From: an uncultured Anaerolineales bacterium
GTDB taxonomy: Bacteria; Chloroflexota; Anaerolineae; CG2-30-64-16
Direction of reading: 5' to 3'
DNA: 64,000 nucleotides
Assembly (NCBI GenBank): GCA_964513075.1
Contig: CAZELR010000007.1
Coordinates: 22,208 to 86,207, forward strand
Each line of letters starts with the position of its first letter. The stretch's first letter is position 1. The position numbers and the translations under genes are program-made. Shown piece by piece: positions 9,753 to 18,336 of the stretch. A model generated the notes under the pieces. It did not search any database. It was not told the DNA's origin and saw only the letters and a program-made list of their open reading frames with translations.

Positions 9753-10736
9753 CTATTGCATCTTGGCCGGGATTACTTCAGCCCCCGGCGCAACCGGGAA
9801 ATGCACCATGACCGACACGTCGGATTTCCCCAACATCGGCACGAACATTTTCACCAGGTTAATTACTTCTGCGGGTGCAGCGGCGTTCATCTTTGCGTAA
9901 ACGTCAATCGCGTTTTCCAGCGTCGTGCCATCCCAAGCCAATGTGGGCAGCGGTGTGCTGTTGACGAACAGGTGCAGCCCGTCGGACTGGGTGTGGATCT
10001 GGAAGTTCTGGACGTTGTTGGCCTGCAGCAACTGCAGATAGTTGGGCGCCATGGCCAAAGGCGCATTGCCGATCAGCCCTTGCAAGTCGCGAGCTGAGAT
10101 GCCGAGCACGGATGGGACTCCCTGCTCGTCGTACTTGATCTCGAACTGCACGACGGCCGTGGCCGGGTCACTTGACGGGGCCATCGCGGCCAGCTTGACA
10201 TTGATATCGCCATACGGGATCGGTTCGGCCCCTTCTCGCAGCGGGAACTTGGCCACCAGCGAGAGGCCCAGCCGCTGGACCATCGGCGCAAACTTCACGA
10301 CCAGGTCCTGGATCAGGGCCACGTTGGCGGTCGGGCCCAAGAGCGGGGCCAGGTCACCCACGCGCTCCAGCGAGCCATCTTTGAAGGATAGGCTGGGCAT
10401 CAGCGCGCCGTTCACCAGCACGGCGAGGCCGTCACCGGTGGAGCGCAGCTCGATGTGCTGGATGTTAGATGCGGCCATCCAGGTGGGGTAGTAGGGATCG
10501 ATGCGGTACTGCTCGAGGTTGAGCTCCATGCCCAGGGTTTTGGCAATATCCTCTACCGCGACCCCTTCGATCCCGGGTTTGCCTTGCTCATCGAATGAAA
10601 TGACGATTCGCGGCAACGCAACGACGAACGTCTCACCACTTTCGGTTTCCGGGGCAGCCGCAGGCACGATCGCCGGACCACATGCGGCGAGCAACAGCCC
10701 CACGATCAACAACAGAACTACGACAGAACTACGCAT
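9753..10736 (-). CDS. Lipoprotein, paralog A, internally duplicated domain (unknown function)
   Basis: Signal peptide plus lipobox LLAAC; two internal repeat halves (NIQHIELRSTGDGLAVLVNGALMPSL / NVQNFQIHTQSDGLHLFVNSTPLPTLAWD); paralogous to the next gene. Confidence 0.65.
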   Translation of the reverse strand: MRSSVVVLLLIVGLLLAACGPAIVPAAAPETESGETFVVALPRIVISFDEQGKPGIEGVAVEDIAKTLGMELNLEQYRIDPYYPTWMAASNIQHIELRSTGDGLAVLVNGALMPSLSFKDGSLERVGDLAPLLGPTANVALIQDLVVKFAPMVQRLGLSLVAKFPLREGAEPIPYGDINVKLAAMAPSSDPATAVVQFEIKYDEQGVPSVLGISARDLQGLIGNAPLAMAPNYLQLLQANNVQNFQIHTQSDGLHLFVNSTPLPTLAWDGTTLENAIDVYAKMNAAAPAEVINLVKMFVPMLGKSDVSVMVHFPVAPGAEVIPAKMQ

Positions 10737-10799
10737 TTTGACCCTCCATGTGAAGTTTGATGAAAAACTCAGATCGATAGGGCGGCCCAGGGCGCGCCC

Positions 10800-11759
10800 T
10801 TAATCGTGCATTTGGACTGGGATCGCCGCAGCGCCCGCGGCTGGCGGGAAGTGCAGCATGATCCCGACGTCGGCCCGATCCAGGGTCGGCAAGAACGCGT
10901 CCACTAGCGGCTTGAAAGCGCCCTCCGGTTGAAGCTGGCCGTAAACCTCGACCATGTTGGCCAGCAATTGGCTGTCCCAGGCCAGTGTGGGCAGCGGCTC
11001 ACCATTGGCATACAGATGCAGGCCGTCCGGCTTGTTCCGTATTTCCAGGTGTTGGATGTTGCCGGCCTGTAGCTGGGCTACTGTTGCGGGGGCCAGGCCG
11101 CCGATGCCGGCGCCGGTGAGGTTGGCCAGGTCCTGGGTGGTGACTCCCAGGATGCCGGGTTGACCGGCCTGATCAAACGTGACTTCGAATTTAGTGATCA
11201 GGGAAGCCGGGTCGGTGATGGGTGAGATCGTCAGTGCTTTGGCCGTGCCGGGTTTGCTGAGAGGAATCTCGGCCGCGTCGCCGCGTGGGAAGCGGAGCAC
11301 GACGTTCAGGCCCAGGCGCGTCACCCACGGCACTAGCTTGGCAATGGTGTCGGTGTTTTGGACGTTGAAAGCAGCCGCCAGGTCCAATGCACGCTGCATG
11401 CTGCCCTGGCTGAAGCCGAGCTGGGGCATCGGCTTGCCGTTCACCAGAATCACCAGGCGGTCACCCACTGCGGCGAGTTCGATGTGTTGGATGCCGGCCT
11501 TTGTCATGGTGTTGACCAGGTCCGGCGGCACTGCAAAGCTGGACACATCGACGCCCACTGCCTTCAGGAAGAGCGGGTTGATGCCTATGATACTGGGCAC
11601 GCCGCTCTCGTCCACGTCGACAACCAGGCGCGGCAGCGCAATTTGAAAAACCTCACCCGAGGGGGTTGCCGCGGCGCCGGAAGGTTGTGTCGGTTCGCCA
11701 CTGCACGCGGTCAGAAAAGCCAGCAGGACGACCAACGTGAGCCAAAAGGTTCGCTTCAT
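10800..11759 (-). CDS. Lipoprotein, paralog B, internally duplicated domain (unknown function)
   Basis: Start at ATG 11759 (MKRTFWLTLVVLLAFLTACSG; GGAGG SD with a 7-nt spacer); same two-repeat architecture (GIQHIELAAVGDRLVILVNGKPMPQLGF / NIQHLEIRNKPDGLHLYANGEPLPTLAWD). Confidence 0.65.
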   Translation of the reverse strand: MKRTFWLTLVVLLAFLTACSGEPTQPSGAAATPSGEVFQIALPRLVVDVDESGVPSIIGINPLFLKAVGVDVSSFAVPPDLVNTMTKAGIQHIELAAVGDRLVILVNGKPMPQLGFSQGSMQRALDLAAAFNVQNTDTIAKLVPWVTRLGLNVVLRFPRGDAAEIPLSKPGTAKALTISPITDPASLITKFEVTFDQAGQPGILGVTTQDLANLTGAGIGGLAPATVAQLQAGNIQHLEIRNKPDGLHLYANGEPLPTLAWDSQLLANMVEVYGQLQPEGAFKPLVDAFLPTLDRADVGIMLHFPPAAGAAAIPVQMHD

Positions 11760-11884
11760 TGAGCACCTCCGCACAGAGACGTATTGCCCGATGCTGACAG
11801 GGCCGTAGACTGCTTGTATCCCTTAGGAACAACTCATTGACAAGTCTACCACAGTTCAGCACGTTTTACAAGGGGGAAAATCCC

Positions 11885-14269
11885 CTACTTCTGTAATGCC
11901 CGCCACACCTTCTCACTGGTGATGGGCATGCTGTCGATGCGGACACCGACAGCGTTGAAGACCGCATTGGCGATAGCGGGCGCAGTGGGCACCATGGGGT
12001 GTTCGCCCACGCCGCGCGCCCCGAAGGGGCCATCATCCTGTGGCACTTCCACGATGATGCTCTCGGTTTCGAGCGGCGCGTCCACCGCGGTGGCAATCCG
12101 GTAGTCGGTGAAGTTCGGGTTGCGCGGCACGCCGTTTTGTAGGATGATGCCTTCTAGTAGTGCGGTGCTCATGCCCTGCACCGCGCCGCCCTCCATTTGC
12201 GTCCGCACCATCTCCGGGTTGATGGCCCGCCCTACATCGTAGGCCGACACGATCTTCAGCACTTGGACCTCACCGGTTTCATCGTCCACTTCGACCTCGA
12301 CCGCCTGGCAGCCGGTGGTGAAGTGCACCACGGCACGCGGCCCCTGGCCGGTCTCCGGATCCAGCGGCGTCACGTATTCCGGCATGAACTTGCCTTGGGC
12401 CACCACTGGTCCGCCGACCCAAGTGCCATCTGGCCGCTGCATGCCGTAGATGACGATGTCCTTGAGGGCCACGGACTCCTCGCTTCTGTAACTGACGACC
12501 TCGCCGTCGATGATGTCCAGGTCGTCGATCTCTTCGCCCCACGCCTGGGCCACGGTTTGCAGGATCTGGGCCCTGGCGTTCTCGGCGGCCTGCAGCACGG
12601 CGTTGCCCATGCTCCAGGTGAGGCGGCTCGCCACCGTTTGCCACTCGTAGGGACTGTAGTCGGTGTCTACAGTATTGACGCGCACGTCTGCCACCTTAAC
12701 GCCCAGCCCTTCAGCCGCGAGCTGGGCCATGGCGGTGAGCGCGCCCTGGCCGATATCGACGCCGCCAATGCTGACCGTGGCGGTGCCATCCTCGTTCAGT
12801 CGGACGACCGCACTGGAGCCGGGATTGGGCGGCATGGCCGGCGCCTTCCACATGGCTGCCAGCCCTTTGCCTCGACGTTTGTGGTCCCCTTCTCCGGGGC
12901 GGACAGAGGTTGGGGGTGAGGTCCACCCGATCGCTTCGGCGGCCTTGCGGATGCACTGGCTGAGCCCGGTGGGATGCATCTTCATGCCAGTCAGCGTCTC
13001 ATCGCCATCTTTCAGGCAGTTAATCAATCGCACTTGCACCGGGTCGAGCCCCAGCTTCTGGGCCATCTGGTCGATGTGCTGCTCGATGCCCCAATGGATC
13101 TCGGGCATGCCGAAGCCGCGCATCGCACCGCCGATCGGATGGTTGGTGTAGACGCACATGCTGTCTACGTGGATGTTGGGCACGTAGTACGGGCCGGTGC
13201 CGCTGTAACCGGCCGCGCGGGTGATGTTGGTGCCGTACTCGGTGCTGGCGCCGCCATCCCAGTAGAAGCGATTGTGCATCGCCGTGATGCGCCCATCCCT
13301 GGTCATGCCCATCTTGATGTGGGCTACCAGCCCTTGGCGTACGAAGGTGGTGTAGAATTCCTCCTCCCGCGTCATGCGCAGCTTGACTGGCCGGCCTTTG
13401 GCGTGCATCGCCAGCGCGACAGCCGCGCCTTCTATGCTGATGCCTGCCTTGCAGCCGAAGCCGCCGCCCACGTAGGGCGTGATCACGCGCAGCTTGCTGT
13501 GGCCGATGTGCAGCGCTTTAGCGATCAGGTTGCGCTGGGCAAACGGCGACTGGCTGGAGGACCACAGCGTGATCTTGCCGTTGACATCCTGCTGGGCGAC
13601 GCAGACGTGGGTTTCCAGCGGCACGTGCTGGATGTGAGGCACGCGGTATTTGTGTTCGTAGATCAGGTCCGCCTCACCCCAGCCCTTCTCCATGTCGCCC
13701 TTACGCACTTTCATCCAGTTGGAGATGTTGGTGCCGGGTTGGGGGAAGATGAACGGCACGGCCTCATAGCTGGCCAGTTCTGGATGCACTAACGGCGCTT
13801 CCGGGCTGGCTCCGTATTCGGGATCGAACACGCCGGGCAGCGGCTCGTATTCGACTTCGATCAGCTCCAGTGCCTGCTGCGCGATCTCCGGCGTGTCGGC
13901 CGCAACCGCGGCCACTGCGTCGCCCACGTAGCGGACACGATCCAGGGCAAAGATGCGTCGATCCTTCAGGTACAGCCCGGTGTAGCCGGGGAAATCTTGC
14001 CCGGTCACCACAACCCGAACGCCCGGCAGTGCTCTGGCCCGGCTCACATCGATCCGTTTGATCAGACCATGGGGGATCGGGCTGTGCTTCAGCATGCCGT
14101 GCAGCAGGTTTTGGCCGAACTGCATATCGTCCACGTACGTGGCCGCGCCCGTCACCTTCTCGCGGCCCTCGATGCGTTGAGGGCTTGTGCCAATGAGTGA
14201 GTGTTTGGCGTGCTGCGTGCCAGGTGTCGCGTGTTCTGGTTCCGCTGATTTGCTGATTCGCTGGCTCAT
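11885..14269 (-). CDS. Xanthine-dehydrogenase-family molybdopterin-binding large subunit (CoxL/XdhA-like Mo-hydroxylase)
   Basis: 794 aa; aldehyde oxidase/xanthine dehydrogenase a/b hammerhead plus Mo-binding domains; active-site loop GGAMRGFGMPE (XDH-like, not the CODH AYRCSFR/AYRGAGR); overlaps the small-subunit stop by 4 nt. Confidence 0.9.
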   Translation of the reverse strand: MSQRISKSAEPEHATPGTQHAKHSLIGTSPQRIEGREKVTGAATYVDDMQFGQNLLHGMLKHSPIPHGLIKRIDVSRARALPGVRVVVTGQDFPGYTGLYLKDRRIFALDRVRYVGDAVAAVAADTPEIAQQALELIEVEYEPLPGVFDPEYGASPEAPLVHPELASYEAVPFIFPQPGTNISNWMKVRKGDMEKGWGEADLIYEHKYRVPHIQHVPLETHVCVAQQDVNGKITLWSSSQSPFAQRNLIAKALHIGHSKLRVITPYVGGGFGCKAGISIEGAAVALAMHAKGRPVKLRMTREEEFYTTFVRQGLVAHIKMGMTRDGRITAMHNRFYWDGGASTEYGTNITRAAGYSGTGPYYVPNIHVDSMCVYTNHPIGGAMRGFGMPEIHWGIEQHIDQMAQKLGLDPVQVRLINCLKDGDETLTGMKMHPTGLSQCIRKAAEAIGWTSPPTSVRPGEGDHKRRGKGLAAMWKAPAMPPNPGSSAVVRLNEDGTATVSIGGVDIGQGALTAMAQLAAEGLGVKVADVRVNTVDTDYSPYEWQTVASRLTWSMGNAVLQAAENARAQILQTVAQAWGEEIDDLDIIDGEVVSYRSEESVALKDIVIYGMQRPDGTWVGGPVVAQGKFMPEYVTPLDPETGQGPRAVVHFTTGCQAVEVEVDDETGEVQVLKIVSAYDVGRAINPEMVRTQMEGGAVQGMSTALLEGIILQNGVPRNPNFTDYRIATAVDAPLETESIIVEVPQDDGPFGARGVGEHPMVPTAPAIANAVFNAVGVRIDSMPITSEKVWRALQK

Positions 14270-14763
14270 AGTGCCGCCTCCCGTCCCGCACGTGCTGCCA
14301 TCTTGATCGCGTCGATGATGCGGATGTAGCCGGTGCAGCGGCAGAGGTTGCCCACCAGCGCCTCGCGGATCTCCGTGTCGGTGGGGTTAGGGTTGCGGTC
14401 CAGCAGCGCACGGGCATTCACCAGGATCCCCGGAGTGCAGAAGCCGCACTGCGTGGCGCCGGTGGCGATGAAGGCCTCTTGCAGTGGGTCGAGCTGGCTA
14501 TCCTGTGCCAGGCCTTCGATGGTAACGATCGTTGCCCCGTCGGCTTCCGGGGCCAGCACCATGCACGAGTTAACCGGTTCGGCATGGTCCGCGCCCGGCC
14601 AACGGAGCAGGACGGCGCACGCGCCGCATTCGCCGGCTTCGCAGCCATTCTTCGTGCCGGTGAGCACCAATTGTTCGCGCAGCACCTGAAGCAAAGTGTG
14701 GTGCGACGCCACGTCGAGGGTGTACGGCTCGCCGTTGACGGTGAGGTGTATGGTGTGGTTCAT
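14266..14763 (-). CDS. (2Fe-2S)-binding small subunit of Mo-hydroxylase (CoxS-like)
   Basis: 165 aa; CxxGxCGxC ferredoxin-like plus second 2Fe-2S helical-bundle cysteine motifs (CEAGECGACAV...CGFCTPG). Confidence 0.9.
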   Translation of the reverse strand: MNHTIHLTVNGEPYTLDVASHHTLLQVLREQLVLTGTKNGCEAGECGACAVLLRWPGADHAEPVNSCMVLAPEADGATIVTIEGLAQDSQLDPLQEAFIATGATQCGFCTPGILVNARALLDRNPNPTDTEIREALVGNLCRCTGYIRIIDAIKMAARAGREAAL

Positions 14764-15725
14764 GCGGCGCCTCCGGCGGACGAAGGACGAAGCGATCCTG
14801 CGGATCGGACGGAGGACGGAGTAGCTGCCAGTACGGCCTCGATTCCACGGCGAGCCAGCACCGCCACCATTGCCCGCCGGTAATCGGCGCTGGCGCGGAT
14901 ATCGGTGATCGGTCGGGCAGCGGCGGCAGCAAGCGCCGCGGCGCGCTGCACGCCCGCCGGCGAAGCATCGGCTGCCAGAGCTGCCTCAGCCTCCGGCGCA
15001 CGCAGGGGGGTCGGGGCCACCGCACCCAGGGCGATACGGACACTTTTGATTTTTGATTTTTGATTTCTGATTGCTTGCGGCTCTTCAAATCCGAAATCGG
15101 CAATCGGCAATCCGAAATCGATCCACACCGCCACACTGACCATCGAAATATCGCCGATCTTGGTGCGGCCCAGCTTGTTGAACGCGCCGCGTGCGCCGGC
15201 CGGGGCGGGGGGCAGGTGGATGGTGGTCAGGAACTCACCAGGCTGGAGCGCAGTGCGGCCCGGCCCGGCGAAGAAGTCCGCGATGGCGATGCGGCGGACG
15301 CCGGCGGGGCCGAAGGTCTCCGCGACCGCGTCCAGGCAGTAGAGCGCCGGCGCGGTGTCGGCCGCCGGGCTGGCGTTGCAGCAGTTGCCGCCGATGGTGG
15401 CCCGGTTACGGAGCTGGTAGGAGGCGACCGAGTTGCACGCTTGCGCCAGCAGATCGTAATGCTGAGCCACCAGCGGGTCAGTGGCCACCTGGTTCATGGT
15501 GCACGCGGCGCCGATGATCAGCCAGCCGTCCGCGCTTTGGCTGATCTCACGCATGCCGGGCAGGGACTTGAGGTCAACGACCCGCTGCGGTTTCACGAAC
15601 CCGCCGCGAGCCCGGATCAGCAGATCGGTGCCGCCCGAAAGAGGCCTGGTCACGCCGTTGCCGGTTGCTAACAGCGCGCTGGCCTCGGCGTAATCCTTAG
15701 GAATGATGTAATCGAAGGGTTGCAA
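14760..15725 (-). CDS. FAD-binding medium subunit of Mo-hydroxylase (CoxM-like), carrying an unusual in-frame repeat insertion
   Basis: FAD_binding_5 pattern (LQPFDYIIPKDY...GGTDLL); likely TTG start at 15725 with a GGAGG SD 8 nt upstream (the ORF-track start at 15791 is an extension); 4-nt overlap with coxS. Confidence 0.8.
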   Translation of the reverse strand: MQPFDYIIPKDYAEASALLATGNGVTRPLSGGTDLLIRARGGFVKPQRVVDLKSLPGMREISQSADGWLIIGAACTMNQVATDPLVAQHYDLLAQACNSVASYQLRNRATIGGNCCNASPAADTAPALYCLDAVAETFGPAGVRRIAIADFFAGPGRTALQPGEFLTTIHLPPAPAGARGAFNKLGRTKIGDISMVSVAVWIDFGLPIADFGFEEPQAIRNQKSKIKSVRIALGAVAPTPLRAPEAEAALAADASPAGVQRAAALAAAAARPITDIRASADYRRAMVAVLARRGIEAVLAATPSSVRSAGSLRPSSAGGAA

Positions 15726-15812
15726 CGTTGCGACCTCCGGACAGATTGGGTTGTAGTCTCGGGCCTTGTGCCCGCTGCAGGTAGTGTCCACGCCTCCAGG
15801 TGCTAGGCTGCG

Positions 15813-16244
15813 TTACTCCAGATCAGGCTTGGGCACGACCACCGTCACGTTTGGGAGCCGTGCAAAGTGCGATCGGTCGAAAGTGTAAGCTGTCGTCAAC
15901 CCTTGCACCGCCAACCAGGCTCCATTATATGCATCGATAAAGTCCACGTTCTTTTCAACAAATCCATTGATGCCTTGCAGCACCAAGTCGCCATTCGCGA
16001 TCTCCAGGCCGGGTGTGTTGAGGATAGCGAGCACTTTTTCCTGGATAGAGGCTTTGGACAGCTTATAGAACGATTCCAGCGTCCAGACGATCTCGGCGAT
16101 GACCAGGCTGTTGGTCACCAGGGTCAGTTCCCGGTTTGCGGCGCGTTTCAGCAGCGCGTCCACGGCATCGGCTTGCACGGGCACATCGTTCGTCAGATAG
16201 CGCAAGAATAGGTTCGTATCGGCGAAAACGCGTTCAGGCCGCAC
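15813..16244 (-). CDS. vapC: PIN-domain toxin (VapC family)
   Basis: 143 aa; MRPERVFADTNLFLRYL... PIN acidic residues (D9, E, D); overlaps the upstream antitoxin gene by 11 nt. Confidence 0.8.
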   Translation of the reverse strand: MRPERVFADTNLFLRYLTNDVPVQADAVDALLKRAANRELTLVTNSLVIAEIVWTLESFYKLSKASIQEKVLAILNTPGLEIANGDLVLQGINGFVEKNVDFIDAYNGAWLAVQGLTTAYTFDRSHFARLPNVTVVVPKPDLE

Positions 16245-16485
16245 CGTTCGCCACCTTTCGGGCGTGCGCCTCGATTACCTGTCGCCGGATGACGTCGAAA
16301 TCCTGTTCTCCGCTCACCGGTACGCTGCCGCGCAAATCGGTCAGCGTCTGCTGGAGCGGCTGCAGGATGATCTCGTCGCCGCGCCGCGTGAAGATGACGC
16401 GATCGCCTTCTTGCAGCTTCAAGAATTGACGGACCGGGCGCGGCAGCGTGATTTGACCACGACGTCCTACGGTGCTAGCGATCAT
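16234..16485 (-). CDS. vapB: AbrB/MazE/SpoVT-type antitoxin (VapB family)
   Basis: 83 aa; N-terminal swapped-hairpin motif (RRGQITLPRPVRQFLKLQEGDRV); classic toxin-antitoxin gene overlap with vapC. Confidence 0.75.
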   Translation of the reverse strand: MIASTVGRRGQITLPRPVRQFLKLQEGDRVIFTRRGDEIILQPLQQTLTDLRGSVPVSGEQDFDVIRRQVIEAHARKVANGAA

Positions 16486-16498
16486 TGGATAATCCCCT

Positions 16499-16564
16499 TC
16501 TTGACTGACGTTTCATGATTTGCCAGTCAGGAAGCATTCTACACGGCAGTTACGCAAATGTCAA
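16499..16564 (-). promoter_or_regulatory. Consensus sigma70-type promoter TTGACA-N17-TAGAAT for vapBC, plus a CTGACTG-containing palindromic putative operator between the -10 and the start
   Basis: On the - strand: TTGACA (reverse complement of 16559-16564), 17-nt spacer, TAGAAT (reverse complement of 16536-16541); imperfect inverted repeat CTTGACTGACG...GCCAGTCAG at 16499-16530. Confidence 0.5.
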
Positions 16565-16576
16565 TAGCGTCTCAAA

Positions 16577-16625
16577 GGGTTGGATGCCGGACGCTGGATC
16601 CAACTTCCAGCATCCAACCCCCAAA
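16577..16625 (-). terminator. Hairpin downstream of the permease gene (candidate terminator)
   Basis: GGTTGGATGC...GCATCCAACC 10-11-bp stem immediately 3' of the 16629 stop, followed by TTTGAGA on the - strand (weak U-tract). Confidence 0.35.
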
Positions 16626-16628
16626 CGC

Positions 16629-18011
16629 CTAGAACTCGATATTGCTTCGTTCCTTCACGCCGAACTTCGACGGCGGCAGCAGCACGAATACAAGGTTCAA
16701 CAGAATGCCGACGATAGCCGAGAACACGATCGCCGGAATGCCATTCGGGAACAGTACGGGGATCTGGAATGGGTAGAGACCGTCTTTCAAACCCATCGCA
16801 CCCCCGATGCCCAGCACCAGGATTGTTGCGCCGATGGCCAGGTTCTTCGGATCGAACAGGTTCACGCGCTCGCTCTGAATGAGTGCGACGCCTTGCTTGC
16901 CGATGACGCCGAACAGGTAGATCGACAGGCCCCCGATCACCGCCAGCGGGATGGTGTTGATCAAAGCGGCGAGCTTGCCGATGAAGCCTAGCAGGATGGC
17001 CATTGCGCCTGCTGCAAAGAGCACCGGCACCGAATAGTTGCGGGTGATGGCCATGAGTGAGTTGTTTTCGCCGTAGTTGGTCCCCGGGCAGCCGCCCAAC
17101 AGACCGACCACAATGTCATCTGCACCATCGGCCACCAGGTTCAGGCCGATCAGGTTTTTGATGGACGTGGGCTTGCGGCCCAGGTCCTTAGCGAGCTGGT
17201 CGATGTAGAGGCTCATCTGGTACAGGTGGGCCGTAGATTCAGGGATCGTTGCGATGGCAATCAGTGCAACGCTGACCACCACCGACCAGGCCCGCGGATC
17301 GGTGAAGGCCGGGAACGTGATGTTGGGCACCCGGAACCAGTCAGCCTGCAGGACAGACGCGAATTTGACCAATCCGAACGGGATCGCGACCAGATAACCG
17401 ACGATGGCGCCGAGCAGAATGGGGATCATGCCGAGCAGACCTCTGCCCTGCAGATAGACCGAGAAGATGACGGTGGCGATCAGTGTAATAAAGGCCACCG
17501 GCCAGTTCGACGAGGCTTCGCCCAGGGCAGTGCCTGCAAGTGCGATACCGATGACGATAGCGACACTGCCTGTTACGATGGGCGGTAGGATACGATCGAG
17601 GGCCGCCTTGCCGACCCGCTGAATCAACAGGCCAAACAGGATTTCGACGACTGCGGTGCCGAGAATGCCGACCTGGGCTAATCTTACGCCATCAGGGCAG
17701 TATACGGTGGTGGGATCGCCGAAGCAGGCCGGTGCATACAGGGACATTACCGTAATGATGACGCTGATATAGCTGAAGCTGGATCCGTAGTACATCGGGA
17801 TGCGTCGGTTGGTCACCAGCAGGGCGATGATCGTGCCCAGGCCGCTGGCCAGCAGCGTCACGCCGACGTCGAACTTGGTGAGGACGGCAACCAGGACCGT
17901 TGCCGGGAACATAGTCAGCATCTGCTGAAAGCCGAGGCTCAACATAGCGCCGATGGGTGGGGTGTCGTCCGGCATGTAACCGAGGACAGCTTTCTTGGTT
18001 TCGACGGCCAT
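16629..18011 (-). CDS. Nucleobase:cation symporter-2 (NCS2) family permease (xanthine/uracil permease type)
   Basis: 460 aa, ~13 TM segments, NCS2 signature regions; GGAAGGAG SD upstream of the ATG at 18011. Confidence 0.85.
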   Translation of the reverse strand: MAVETKKAVLGYMPDDTPPIGAMLSLGFQQMLTMFPATVLVAVLTKFDVGVTLLASGLGTIIALLVTNRRIPMYYGSSFSYISVIITVMSLYAPACFGDPTTVYCPDGVRLAQVGILGTAVVEILFGLLIQRVGKAALDRILPPIVTGSVAIVIGIALAGTALGEASSNWPVAFITLIATVIFSVYLQGRGLLGMIPILLGAIVGYLVAIPFGLVKFASVLQADWFRVPNITFPAFTDPRAWSVVVSVALIAIATIPESTAHLYQMSLYIDQLAKDLGRKPTSIKNLIGLNLVADGADDIVVGLLGGCPGTNYGENNSLMAITRNYSVPVLFAAGAMAILLGFIGKLAALINTIPLAVIGGLSIYLFGVIGKQGVALIQSERVNLFDPKNLAIGATILVLGIGGAMGLKDGLYPFQIPVLFPNGIPAIVFSAIVGILLNLVFVLLPPSKFGVKERSNIEF

Positions 18012-18295
18012 CTTGGATCACTCCTTCCACTGAATGAATGGGTGGGATAAAGATGCAACGAACGTATGAATGATCGGGGAGTGCCGGGCTCCCAATCTAT
18101 CAGGCCCCGAGCTGTCGGGTCCCGGTGGGTCTCTGGCGGTTACCTCCCTTTGCGCGTCAAGACGGCCAAAACGATTTACTATCTTGACGAGCAATCATAG
18201 CATAGGTTACGGGCATTTGCTCTACGCTTGCATGGCGCTAAGCCAACGCTAGCGTTGTGACCCGACTCCGAGCCACATAGCGCAATCCCCATCTT

Positions 18296-18326
18296 GACCT
18301 TTGAGGTCTCGCAGACCTCAAAGGTC
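18296..18326. repeat. Palindromic hairpin element, copy 1 (GACCTTTGAGGTCT-CGC-AGACCTCAAAGGTC)
   Basis: 14-bp perfect stem with a 3-nt loop, 3' of the DUF1116 gene; a second copy at 19614-19644 differs by one compensatory base pair. Confidence 0.5.
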
Positions 18327-18336
18327 TTCGCCCAGT

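Noticed and set aside
11885-15725. Calling the Mo-hydroxylase a carbon-monoxide dehydrogenase (coxMSL)
   Set aside because: The large-subunit active-site loop reads GGAMRGFGMPE, not the form I AYRCSFR or form II AYRGAGR signatures; a generic XDH-family hydroxylase is the supportable call.
18012-18336. Purine/other riboswitch in the 326-nt leader of the NCS2 permease
   Set aside because: I could not find the conserved purine-riboswitch junction sequences; only a 12-bp palindrome (AACGCTAGCGTT, 18243-18254) and GC-rich stems. Left as an unassigned regulatory leader.
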